Shown one piece after another: positions 9,720-18,389 of a stretch of 45,449 nucleotides of DNA (the stretch's first letter is position 1; every line of letters starts with the position of its first letter). Made by a program: the position numbers and the translations under genes. The stretch comes from a virus: the IMG/VR virus record IMGVR_UViG_638154508_000001, positions 1 to 45,449 of that record; one strand, written 5' to 3'. The notes beneath the pieces are model-generated. The model searched no databases. It worked only from the letters and a program-made list of their open reading frames with translations, and was not told the DNA's origin.

Positions 9720-12196
9720 CAGGACCCTCTCGCTCTTTTCTGAGAAGCTAACTGCTTTGAAACATACTCAAAGATCCGCTCCAGGTCCATTTCGGATCCG
9801 ATCGTGTTCGGTCCCAGGTTGATAGTATTGCCTCCGTAGTTGTTTTGGGTAGTCGCCTGGCTTGTTGTATTGTTGATCACCTGGGATACGTTCTGCAGGC
9901 CTGCCTGGACACTGGATTGCATGTTTTCCAGACTGGTCTCGGCGGGAGCTGCGAAGAGGGCGTCCCAATTCGGGAGCTCTGCGAGAGGTCCTTCCTTTGC
10001 AGGGCTATGAGGCAAGAGGTTGCTAACAGAAGATAGGGCAGACGAGACCGCATTATATACAGTTGAAGCCGAGGAAGTAATGCCAGACGCAATGTTTGAC
10101 ATTAGTGAAGCACCAGCATCGACCGCACTTGACGCCACGCTTGAGACTGCGCTGAGAACACTACTCGATGCGGTTTTTACAGCAGTGTTCGAAGCGCTCT
10201 TTGAAACGGACGTCAGTCCGGAGGAGCTGGACGATTTTGACGAGCTCGATGAACTTGAAGTGCTGCTAGCCCCGGTTAGCAGTGATTTTATGGAGTTTAC
10301 CTTTTCCATCACAGAATCGTACAGTTTGGAAAGAGTGTCGAAAACTCCACTGGAAAACGATGAGATCAGCTGTTCTCCTGCATCATACAGATCGAATCCG
10401 AAAATCGCTTGAGAGATCTGGTTCAGAGCGTCAAGGAACATCCTCATCGGAAGTGTTGCCACGGTAGCGATTCCCTGCGCCAGGGTGACTATCAGGTTCT
10501 GCCCGGGCTGCACAAGGCTGAAGGACGTGAGGTAATGCCAGACAGCTGTGAGAGTTTGCTGAATAATCTGTTTAGGCTGGTTTCGCAGGACTGCGGTAAT
10601 TCCGTCAACAAATTCCCGGAACATGTCCCCGCCTTTCTCGGCCATATCCAGACCGGTAAAGTAGCCCCAGACATCTTCGAGCGCATCCTCAATGAAGCCC
10701 AGAACATCAGAAACGATTTCGGAAATTTCTTCCCAGTGAGTGAATCCATAATAGAAAGCTGCAGCTGCTGCAACCACGATAAGGATGGGGCCTGCCAGCG
10801 CAGTAAGTCCGGCTATGAGCCCGCTTATCACAGCCCCTGCTCCGGCCAGGGCACCACCTGCACCAAAGAGCCCTGCAAGTGCTCCAATGCCTGATGAAAC
10901 CGAACCCACAATCATCAGGACGGGTCCAAGGGCTGCGACCAGAGCTGTCGCACCTATTATGAGCAGTTGTATCGGCTCGGGCAGTGCGGCAAACCCTTGG
11001 AGCAGCAGAGATAACACAGGGATTACAGCGTCACGGAGAAATGGGACGAGAGTGTCTGTAAGGATAGGGAGAAGGTCGTTTTGAACGAGAGGGATTAATT
11101 GATCCTGCACTACAGGAAGCATAGCGGCTTGTAGCTCTCTCATCGCCGTTGTCAGGGCGAGCATAGGATTGGAATCGTCCATCTCTTTCGTGACTGCTGC
11201 CGTTGCGCCAGATACATCTTTGATACTTTCTATTTGCGCTGCACTGGCTTCAATGACCTGAGAACGGACATCTTCCCACTGAGTGCCAAATAAAGCAACT
11301 CCAGCAATATTCTGCTGCATAGGGTCATCCATTGCCATGAGTGCTGTCACTGTTGCTATGTACGCCTCTTTTGCAGCGTCACCACCAGCTGCTATTTTTG
11401 CACCCATATCAGCCGCATTTAACCCAATTGCCTCAAACCCTGCTGCCGTGGTGTCGCTGCCATCCTGAGCTCTGACGTTGAATTCCTTGACAGCATCACC
11501 GACCTTGTCGAGGTTCCAGGCCCCTGCCTGAGCCCCGGCAATTAGGGTGGAAAGAAATTCCTCACTTGACAGACCAATGCTGGCAAACTGTGGACCGTAT
11601 TCTCGGAGGGTGTCAAGGAGTTCGCCAGAAAAGTCCCCTCCTTTCTGAAAGCCTACAGTAATAGTATCCAGAGCTTCAGTTCCGGATATCCCGAAGTTTT
11701 TCATCAGGACGCCTGCGGCTGCAGTAACTTCGTCAACGTCTTGCTCGAATACCTGGGCAATCGTTAGCGCCCCGGTCGTGACGGATTCAAGTTCATTATC
11801 CGCCAGCCCTGCCATGTTATGCCGAATCGAGACGATTCCCGCATTAACTTCGTCCAGCGACTCTCCGTATCCGTTTTTCCAGACGGAGATACTCGTCTCT
11901 TCTAAACGCTCTGCCTCTTCAGCTGTAAGCCCGAGAGATGCCCTGAGTTGTCCCTGAGACTTTTCAACGTCGGAAGCCCAGTTCACAAGCAGGGCGCCAG
12001 ACCCAACAATAGCAGCTATCGGGACCGTTACTGCAGAAGTCATCGCCGAGCCGGCCGAACTCATTTGAGCGCCAGCTGCCTTGAATTTCGTGCCGACGTC
12101 CCCTATCTCTTTTTGGACTTTAGTGAAAGCCTGGCTAAGGGTTTTCATGTCCCCTATGATAGAGACTACGAGCTCGCCGACTGACATATCCCCCAC
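9719..12196 (-). CDS. Tail tape measure protein
   Basis: 825 aa, Ala/Gly/Leu-rich; PhageMin_Tail-like segment (DTLREYGPQF...GAWNLDKVGDAVKEF); Ser-rich tract near the C-terminus. Confidence 0.93.
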   Translation of the reverse strand: MGDMSVGELVVSIIGDMKTLSQAFTKVQKEIGDVGTKFKAAGAQMSSAGSAMTSAVTVPIAAIVGSGALLVNWASDVEKSQGQLRASLGLTAEEAERLEETSISVWKNGYGESLDEVNAGIVSIRHNMAGLADNELESVTTGALTIAQVFEQDVDEVTAAAGVLMKNFGISGTEALDTITVGFQKGGDFSGELLDTLREYGPQFASIGLSSEEFLSTLIAGAQAGAWNLDKVGDAVKEFNVRAQDGSDTTAAGFEAIGLNAADMGAKIAAGGDAAKEAYIATVTALMAMDDPMQQNIAGVALFGTQWEDVRSQVIEASAAQIESIKDVSGATAAVTKEMDDSNPMLALTTAMRELQAAMLPVVQDQLIPLVQNDLLPILTDTLVPFLRDAVIPVLSLLLQGFAALPEPIQLLIIGATALVAALGPVLMIVGSVSSGIGALAGLFGAGGALAGAGAVISGLIAGLTALAGPILIVVAAAAAFYYGFTHWEEISEIVSDVLGFIEDALEDVWGYFTGLDMAEKGGDMFREFVDGITAVLRNQPKQIIQQTLTAVWHYLTSFSLVQPGQNLIVTLAQGIATVATLPMRMFLDALNQISQAIFGFDLYDAGEQLISSFSSGVFDTLSKLYDSVMEKVNSIKSLLTGASSTSSSSSSSKSSSSSGLTSVSKSASNTAVKTASSSVLSAVSSVASSAVDAGASLMSNIASGITSSASTVYNAVSSALSSVSNLLPHSPAKEGPLAELPNWDALFAAPAETSLENMQSSVQAGLQNVSQVINNTTSQATTQNNYGGNTINLGPNTIGSEMDLERIFEYVSKQLASQKRARGS

Positions 12197-12361
12197 TTCA
12201 CCGTTTTTGTTGTCGTCTCAATTCGTCTAGCTGCTTTATCGTGTCAGCATACTTCTGTTTCTCTTCGACTTCAGAAACGATTTTAAGCTCTCCGTTTTCG
12301 TAGAGGAGAGCTTTCTGAACCCAGTTCTCCCAGGTCATAATTCCCCCACTTCACCGTTTTT
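12190..12361. repeat. 19-bp perfect direct repeat CCCCCACTTCACCGTTTTT (12190-12208 and 12343-12361)
   Basis: Seen directly; on the minus strand it reads AAAAACGGTGAAGTGGGGG, the initiation region of both the 46-aa ORF and the tape measure gene. Confidence 0.9.
12198..12338 (-). CDS. 46-aa ORF missing from the ORF track (MTWENWVQKALLYENGELKIVSEVEEKQKYADTIKQLDELRRQQKR)
   Basis: Translated by hand; preceded by a GGTGA-containing RBS. Confidence 0.6.
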   Translation of the reverse strand: MTWENWVQKALLYENGELKIVSEVEEKQKYADTIKQLDELRRQQKR

Positions 12362-12367
12362 ATAAAG

Positions 12368-12643
12368 TCACCTGCTAACTTCCCAGGCACCGTCCTTCAG
12401 GATCCCGTCCGGGTGCAGCTCCTTGAACTTCTCAAGTCCCTGGATATTTTCACCTTCACTTCCCCGTAAGGCTTGCCCGAGAACTCCCCAGAAGATTACT
12501 GCGTCTGTTTTTTTTGCTTCCATGCCTTTCTGGTAGAACAGAATTGCCTGTTCCATGCTCATTTTATCAAGGACGTACTCGGGAGTTGCCCAGGCATACA
12601 TCATGCCTAATTGGGCGACGATATCTGCGATGGTAAGTTTTTT
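12368..12643 (-). CDS. Tail assembly chaperone frameshift extension (gpT-like)
   Basis: The -1 frame reads KKLTIADIVAQLG-MMYAWATPEY... from the slippery site and is continuous with the listed ORF 12368-12604. Confidence 0.75.
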   Translation of the reverse strand, partial: KKLTIADIVAQLGMMYAWATPEYVLDKMSMEQAILFYQKGMEAKKTDAVIFWGVLGQALRGSEGENIQGLEKFKELHPDGILKDGAWEVSR

Positions 12644-13005
12644 GCTTCAGCTCCAGACCCTTTTGACCCCACTTCTTTCAGTCTTGCCGTCATCGGCTCG
12701 AAAATGAATTTTGCGAATTCCATAAAGGGAACAATGTCGATGTCGTCCAGGAACCAGTCTTTTGTCATTTCCGGAGAAGATTTTTTACAGATCATTGAGA
12801 CGACGTCTGCAATGTCTTCTACCATCTCCGGGTCCATCCCCTGTGTTTCATCGAGCGCATTGTTTCCCCATTATTTTAGAACTCTAAGGAAGTGCGCTGT
12901 TACCCGGGGAGAAACTTTCGAAACATCAACTTCTTTTCCTCCGATCTTAGCCGTTCGTTTCGGAGGCTCCAAGACGTCAAAGTCTTTCAGAATGTCTTCA
13001 GTCAT
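12607..13005 (-). pseudogene. Tail assembly chaperone (gpG-like) interrupted by an in-frame TAA at 12871-12873
   Basis: ATGA-coupled to the major tail gene; MTEDILKDFDVLEPPKRTAKIGG...LRVLK*WGNNALDETQGMDPEMV... lies in one frame. Confidence 0.8.
12637..12643 (-). other. Predicted -1 ribosomal frameshift heptamer A AAA AAC
   Basis: Correctly phased X XXY YYZ (GCA AAA AAC) near the 3' end of the chaperone gene, upstream of the tape measure gene. Confidence 0.75.
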
Positions 13006-13808
13006 GCCAGGACCCCCTGCTCGTCCACGATCTTGAACAACTGATCTCCTGCAGTGCGAGTTGTATCGACAACTCCTTCCAGAGTGATCTCCGGCTTCAT
13101 AACGTCTGCTGCGTCGTCGGCTGGGAATTCAAGTTTGATCCCATTCTTGTTAGAGGCCTTGTATACCGTCACTTCGAACTTTTTCCCGGCTGCGTTTGTG
13201 TTTGTGAGTCTTGCCACCCGCGGGTTGATCGTGTTCAGACCGCCTGAGCTGAGTTCGATTGAGGCGTTTGGCGTGTATGTGTAGTCTACCTTGGCCGTAT
13301 CCCCATCCGTGAGAACAGTTGACCCCGCTACCCTTGCTATGCAGGTGTACCCCTCTGGATCGAGAGCGAGAATATAGTCTGTGTCCTGGACACAGGCGTT
13401 GTCTGAAGCATCCACCACAGTGACGGAAGTAACGATGGACCCGTCACCGTTCTTGTGGTCCAGACGAGCAAACTCGACACCTGAAAGGATGTGCTCTTCA
13501 TCTGTGACAGGGGTTGCGGATCCTGCAACGTTTGTTTTTGTGTCAATCCCACCTCTTATCAGGTAGAGATTTTCCAGGTTCAACTCCATCATGGAGAACG
13601 CAACGGTTGCGATATGGTTCTTGGTACCGAGGGTTAGTTTTGGACCATTGTCCGGCTTGACCTCTATTGGTTCGAACTCTTCTGTGAAAGAGATGCCTTC
13701 TGCAATACCGAGATCTATGAGAGTTGATTCCGTTTCACCGACCTCAATCTTGGCAGAACCAAAGCGGATAGTGTTTTGGTTCTTCACACCGGTTTGATAG
13801 TTTACCAT
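13002..13808 (-). CDS. Major tail (tube) protein
   Basis: IRFGSAKIEVG...DLG...ISFTEEFE...ATVAFSMME pattern; positioned before the chaperones and tape measure. Confidence 0.85.
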   Translation of the reverse strand: MVNYQTGVKNQNTIRFGSAKIEVGETESTLIDLGIAEGISFTEEFEPIEVKPDNGPKLTLGTKNHIATVAFSMMELNLENLYLIRGGIDTKTNVAGSATPVTDEEHILSGVEFARLDHKNGDGSIVTSVTVVDASDNACVQDTDYILALDPEGYTCIARVAGSTVLTDGDTAKVDYTYTPNASIELSSGGLNTINPRVARLTNTNAAGKKFEVTVYKASNKNGIKLEFPADDAADVMKPEITLEGVVDTTRTAGDQLFKIVDEQGVLA

Positions 13809-13811
13809 TTT

Positions 13812-14186
13812 TTACCTCCTGAATATTACTCGAAAATCGTAAGGGATGTGATAGACTCCAGGGAGGTCCTCGTCCTGATCCGGAGCGTCCAGTGGGATAA
13901 TTCTGATAATTTCAATGCCTGAGACAATCCCGGAAAATCCTTCCAGGGCAGCCTCAACAGCCTTGGAGAGCTGCTGCACTTGCAGATAATCTTCAGTCCA
14001 GCAGGAAATCTGAAACCTCGGGGATCTCGAAATCTGATTGTATGGGTTTGACGGTTTGTGGATTGAAATTGCAGGGAAAGTGCATGTAAGAGGTAGTTTC
14101 TTTGGAAATATCCTGGTCCCTACGAAACCCGTGACAGTTGCATCGTTCATCAGAATTGTTCGGACTGCCTCGTCGATGATCGTCAT
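13812..14186 (-). CDS. Tail terminator (DUF3168-like); probable start at 14186
   Basis: MTIIDEAVRTIL...VGTRIFP...FPAISI...RFQISCW...AVEAAL pattern. Confidence 0.8.
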   Translation of the reverse strand: MTIIDEAVRTILMNDATVTGFVGTRIFPKKLPLTCTFPAISIHKPSNPYNQISRSPRFQISCWTEDYLQVQQLSKAVEAALEGFSGIVSGIEIIRIIPLDAPDQDEDLPGVYHIPYDFRVIFRR

Positions 14187-14614
14187 CCGTATTTCCTCAG
14201 AACTTGCTTCACTTTTTCTTCGAAGGCCTTCTTGATTTCCTCCTCGTTCTCGTCCAGCGCAGGCCTGAGGAATGGTCTCGGAGGCTGGTGAAATCTGCGT
14301 CCCATGCGGTCGGTGTCCATGAAACCTTTTTCGAGCCTCATCATATGCTCGAGAGTACCTCCGACCTGAGAAACACACTTGGTTGCAGACTTCTCTTTCC
14401 TGACTTCGCGGATGTTTCGCATGGTAGCGCCAGTGATCCGTTCCGGATAGTCAGGATGTCCTCGGCCCACATTGATCTTAGCTTCACGAACAACGACTGC
14501 AGCTCCGGCTGAGGTGGCCTGAGAAAGGATCTGCTGCATCTCGAAGTCGATCTGCCTGAACTTTGCCTGCAGTTCCTTGATTCCTTTGACATCGACCCGG
14601 AACACGTCAGCCAT
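14183..14614 (-). CDS. HK97 gp10-like tail completion protein
   Basis: VKGIKELQAKF...LEKG...PPRPFLRPALDEN pattern. Confidence 0.85.
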   Translation of the reverse strand: MADVFRVDVKGIKELQAKFRQIDFEMQQILSQATSAGAAVVVREAKINVGRGHPDYPERITGATMRNIREVRKEKSATKCVSQVGGTLEHMMRLEKGFMDTDRMGRRFHQPPRPFLRPALDENEEEIKKAFEEKVKQVLRKYG

Positions 14615-14863
14615 TCAGATTTTCCCTCCGATGTATGCCAGGATCCCGAGGAGAAGCCCGATGAGGAGCTCGATCACGACCGCTGACAGTTTTGAGTTCA
14701 TCCGGTCCATGCGGTTTTCAAGCCGCTCAATGCCTCTTTCAAGCCTGTCCTGATCCTCTTTCCTGTCTTCCCTTTCCTTGCTGATCGAATCACAGAGGGA
14801 ACCCTGCAGCTTTTCACGGTGTTTCTCACATTGCTCGATTGTGATGTAGACCGGGTCGGACAT
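14615..14863 (-). CDS. Coiled-coil protein with a C-terminal TM helix (possible lysis/holin-like); probable start at 14863
   Basis: Heptad-rich middle and a hydrophobic C-terminus (VVIELLIGLLLGILAYIG). Confidence 0.55.
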   Translation of the reverse strand: MSDPVYITIEQCEKHREKLQGSLCDSISKEREDRKEDQDRLERGIERLENRMDRMNSKLSAVVIELLIGLLLGILAYIGGKI

Positions 14864-14864
14864 C

Positions 14865-15017
14865 TCAGAAACCTCTGTAGTACTGATCTTCATACATTCG
14901 CATCGCTGCAGCTCCGACTGGATGCTCTTCAGCGAATTGCTTCATTTCCTTCTCCCATTCATCGAATGTGTTTTTCAGAGCAAGGAAAAAACTCAGAACC
15001 CAGCCGATCAGTGCCAT
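14865..15017 (-). CDS. 50-aa ORF missing from the ORF track (MALIGWVLSFFLALKNTFDEWEKEMKQFAEEHPVGAAAMRMYEDQYYRGF)
   Basis: Fills the gap between two coupled genes; hydrophobic N-terminus. Confidence 0.55.
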   Translation of the reverse strand: MALIGWVLSFFLALKNTFDEWEKEMKQFAEEHPVGAAAMRMYEDQYYRGF

Positions 15018-15736
15018 CTCTGAATATTCTCCTTTTCCGGCTCGGTGAGTTCGTGCCTGGGGATATCTTTGAATAGTGAGAAAAAGCGTGCACGGTAGTA
15101 CACATCTTCTTTCATGAGGAAGAGAATGATGTCAGCCAGTTGATACATGAACTTCAGTTTTCTTGCATCATCTCCGAACTTTTCGGCAATGAAATACCTG
15201 AAAAAAGCACTTAGATCCAGCAGTCTGGGGTCCTCGTAAACATATGCTTCGGGATCGTAGCCCTGAACGATCTGTCTGTGTGCAGTATCAATTGCCTTGA
15301 TCATGCCAAGCTTCGCAACATCTTGAAGGAAAATTCCTTTCTTATGGAAATATGGGCTGAATCGGAACCCTCCTTTTCCTCTACGCCCTCCTCCGTTCTC
15401 GTTGCCTTTGATCCTGGGATCCGGTTCTGTAGCTGGATTCCATCGGACCTGCTGACCATCCACCTCTATGATAGCAATCATTTTTCCTTCGAGCAGCAAC
15501 TGGTGTTTCAGCTCTACTGACATGTTATATTCGAGCGCTTTCACCCTCCCGGAGAAAATTAACTCAGAAAGATCTTCTCCCTCAGCGGTGATGAGCAGCT
15601 GCCCGTCTACCGAGGCAAGCTTTCCTTCAGCCAGGAGTTTTCCTCTTTCTTCCTTTGAAAAGATGAATTGTACAGGTTTGACCTTGCCCTGCCTGATGAG
15701 CTCTCTTTGCTCTTCTTCTGGGCATGTGAATATCAA
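15008..15736 (-). CDS. Hypothetical protein with four short N-terminal repeats
   Basis: Recurrent E..L...G[KR] units in the first ~85 aa. Confidence 0.65.
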   Translation of the reverse strand: MIFTCPEEEQRELIRQGKVKPVQFIFSKEERGKLLAEGKLASVDGQLLITAEGEDLSELIFSGRVKALEYNMSVELKHQLLLEGKMIAIIEVDGQQVRWNPATEPDPRIKGNENGGGRRGKGGFRFSPYFHKKGIFLQDVAKLGMIKAIDTAHRQIVQGYDPEAYVYEDPRLLDLSAFFRYFIAEKFGDDARKLKFMYQLADIILFLMKEDVYYRARFFSLFKDIPRHELTEPEKENIQRWH

Positions 15737-16353
15737 CTGCGTTTTTTCACCACCTTCAGTTCGACCTCGAGGTGATCGATTTCAGGATCTCCGCTTGAGT
15801 TCAGAAACAGCTCATACTCAGCTCCAACATGCATGACTTTGTAAGGACCTGTGTACCCGGGAACATTGCTTGAGACAAAGTCTCCTTCCTGGATCACAGC
15901 TTCAACAGGAAGGAATAGAAGAGGCTCGGCGACAATGTAATCTCCGCTATCCTGAGACTGGATTGTACCTCCGGACTGGTTAGCCTGCGAGAACCTGCAG
16001 GACGGGCAGTGTCTGGAAGTTGTGGTGAGTTGAGGAGTTCCTACCCCGTCAGTCACTGGCTCGGCCGGTCCGGAGGCAGATGAGGCCCCCCCATGTTCAT
16101 CGTGAATATATTCGCCTGCCTGGAATGTTCCGGAAACGTTTGAGAGGATCAGATGGCCTGTAGCCGTAGAGACTGCCCAGGATCCGGACTCGAGAAATAT
16201 CTCCTTGATGGTTCCTGTAGCTGCCGAGTCTGCTCCCGTCAGGAGAGCTCCAACTGTGAAAGCTACTGAACCATTCGAAAATTCCAGTTTCTGGTCCTGG
16301 GAGATACTCAGTACGTTGCAGGTGTGGATCATTCCAAGCGTCAGCGAGTTCAT
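15733..16353 (-). CDS. Head closure/head-tail joining protein with a beta-rich insertion
   Basis: Position after the adaptor gene; C-terminal IQEGDFV...YKVMHV...DHLEVEL pattern. Confidence 0.6.
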   Translation of the reverse strand: MNSLTLGMIHTCNVLSISQDQKLEFSNGSVAFTVGALLTGADSAATGTIKEIFLESGSWAVSTATGHLILSNVSGTFQAGEYIHDEHGGASSASGPAEPVTDGVGTPQLTTTSRHCPSCRFSQANQSGGTIQSQDSGDYIVAEPLLFLPVEAVIQEGDFVSSNVPGYTGPYKVMHVGAEYELFLNSSGDPEIDHLEVELKVVKKRS

Positions 16354-16359
16354 GTTTTT

Positions 16360-16752
16360 TCAGTCCGTTTTGTTCACTGTCCTGGGCCCTGAACGCCCGT
16401 ATGGAACTCTGTATCCCGGGGAGTAACGGTACTTTTTCATGTATATGGCTGCCTGGTTTTCATGGTCCTGGATGTCCTTGTCAATTGTGTTCTGCTGCTC
16501 ACTGTTTCCGATCTTCACCCGGGCTGCAAGTTCTCCGTTCACTCTCATCTTGCGGAGAACTGCAGCTGCAGAGATGTGGATGCAGGCCAAGTTCAGGAGA
16601 TCATTGTCTGAAGCATCTGCGCTCCCACCCGTTTGGGTAGCCACGGACCGTGAGGTCCTCGCGATGATATTCGCGATATCGGCATTCGTTAACGATCTAG
16701 GAGACACCTCAACACGAACTTCTTCCACAGAACATAGGACCATAGGGATCAC
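16360..16752 (-). CDS. Head-tail adaptor
   Basis: LCSVEEVR...LTNADIANII...LACIHISAA helical pattern after the capsid genes. Confidence 0.65.
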   Translation of the reverse strand: MIPMVLCSVEEVRVEVSPRSLTNADIANIIARTSRSVATQTGGSADASDNDLLNLACIHISAAAVLRKMRVNGELAARVKIGNSEQQNTIDKDIQDHENQAAIYMKKYRYSPGYRVPYGRSGPRTVNKTD

Positions 16753-17012
16753 TTCTTTTCTTCAGTTTGTTCGGATACTCCAGATTTCTTGGCTGTAGCT
16801 GGTGTGGTTGCTGTCGCCCGAGCAGCTGGTGCAGCAGCTACCTTCTGGGCCTTATGTTCTTTTTGTTCAGGGACCTCGGCAAGGATCTTGACAGACTGAC
16901 CAAGGCGCTTCACTTCATCGACTGTGAACGTAACTTTTTCACCTTTTTTGTATGTGTTGTCGCCGATCCTGAGGTGATGTACCATGACTTCCACGTTGAA
17001 TTTCTGAACCAT
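16749..17012 (-). CDS. Small capsid-associated protein
   Basis: GDNTYKKGEKVTF...EVKRLG motif followed by an Ala/Lys/Thr low-complexity tail; directly after the capsid gene. Confidence 0.55.
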   Translation of the reverse strand: MVQKFNVEVMVHHLRIGDNTYKKGEKVTFTVDEVKRLGQSVKILAEVPEQKEHKAQKVAAAPAARATATTPATAKKSGVSEQTEEKK

Positions 17013-17022
17013 GCGATCACCT

Positions 17023-17931
17023 TTATACTGAAGCTGCCGTCGAAAGTGCAGTCATCTTTCCGATTACTGCATTCTTCCGGATCCGGAGAACTCCAGACTC
17101 GAATATTCTTCCGGAAATAGGTCCGGTTCTTGGATGTTTGCCGTCCTGGCCTAGTTCAGTCTGGACTTCAGCTGAAAGGTAGTAGTCAAAGTACTGGCTA
17201 CCGGTATCCGGGGTTGGTGTGAGAAGTGCAGATCCGGTTGTGCTTACACTCGGGAGTGTGTTGCTTTTAAACACGTTACCTGGATTGTTTGGAGTCCCGA
17301 GGAGCTCGAGTAGATCTTTCATTTCCTTAACGTCGTTAGCACTCCGGCTTTTGTTCACTTTGTTGTAGATGTTTGGAGACATTGACAGGTTCCAACGCAG
17401 GCTGTCTGTCGGGACATCAGAGTCATCCATCATTTCATACACATCGGTAACCGCATCCTGGATCCCACCGTAAGTTCCAATAGCCTTGGGTGTGCTGTAG
17501 TCCTGGCCGGCTCCTTCATACAAACCGTTCTTTTCAAAGGTAGTCCCGTTTCTTGTGATACCTCGAAGTATCATCATTTCTTCAGCTGAGGAAACCGTAT
17601 AGGCTGCCTCTAACGCAGCGGAAGCGTCGACGTTAGTGTTCTTTCTCCTCATCGCCTCGTACAGCCTGCGGTCCAAGGTGAAATCTTTCCAGATCAGGGG
17701 AATCTTACTGTTCTGCAAAGAGAAGTCAACAGTATCTTCTGCTCCTGTACTGAAGCTGTAGGCTATCATCGCATCCGACATCGCCTCCAACTCTATCCAA
17801 TCTACACTGAGCTCTCCGATTCCTTCCCCTGGAACGACGTTGACGAGTTTCCTTGCCTTGTTGATCTGCCTGAGCGGTGGGTGGATGATTGTATCCATTG
17901 TCCGCGAAACTTCAAAAAGTGCGTTTGACAT
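17023..17931 (-). CDS. Major capsid protein, HK97 fold, Linocin_M18/encapsulin-like
   Basis: IPLIWKDFTLDRR...VDASAALEAAYTVSSAEEMMILRG pattern; position in the head module. Confidence 0.88.
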   Translation of the reverse strand: MSNALFEVSRTMDTIIHPPLRQINKARKLVNVVPGEGIGELSVDWIELEAMSDAMIAYSFSTGAEDTVDFSLQNSKIPLIWKDFTLDRRLYEAMRRKNTNVDASAALEAAYTVSSAEEMMILRGITRNGTTFEKNGLYEGAGQDYSTPKAIGTYGGIQDAVTDVYEMMDDSDVPTDSLRWNLSMSPNIYNKVNKSRSANDVKEMKDLLELLGTPNNPGNVFKSNTLPSVSTTGSALLTPTPDTGSQYFDYYLSAEVQTELGQDGKHPRTGPISGRIFESGVLRIRKNAVIGKMTALSTAASV

Positions 17932-17942
17932 CGTTTTTCACC

Positions 17943-18389
17943 TCAGATCATTGATTTGATCATGAACTGTACATTCCCGGAAGCATCTTCTGCAGCCCTG
18001 GCAATGATATCGTCCGTCCCTACGGTTGCTGCTGCAAGCTCCCCATTCGCAGCTGGCTTCAAAGGCTGCCCCTTGACAACAGTCTCCCCAGAAGCAAGCC
18101 ATGCTTTCACAGGAAGGCCCGGTTTCTCATGTACTGGCACGAGATCTCCTGCTGCGTAGGCTGTTGTCGTATCAGTTGGTTTGAACACTCCGGCTTTTCC
18201 GTATCCTGCCCAACCGATTGAGTTTCCTGAGGCGTCGCCAGGTGTTATCAGGTCGTCGGTAGATCCTTTTTTCACATGGTGACCCGGCTTTATTGTGGCC
18301 CCTTCTGCTGTGAGATACTCAAGAGGCTCTTCTCCGCCCATCACAACATCGTTGTTAGGGGCCTGGATTCCTTTGAAAGGAGTTACCAT
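17943..18389 (-). CDS. Head decoration/cement protein (probable start at 18389)
   Basis: Gly/Ala-rich beta protein (IKPGHHVK, YAAGDLV, VVKGQPL) between the scaffold and capsid genes. Confidence 0.7.
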   Translation of the reverse strand: MVTPFKGIQAPNNDVVMGGEEPLEYLTAEGATIKPGHHVKKGSTDDLITPGDASGNSIGWAGYGKAGVFKPTDTTTAYAAGDLVPVHEKPGLPVKAWLASGETVVKGQPLKPAANGELAAATVGTDDIIARAAEDASGNVQFMIKSMI

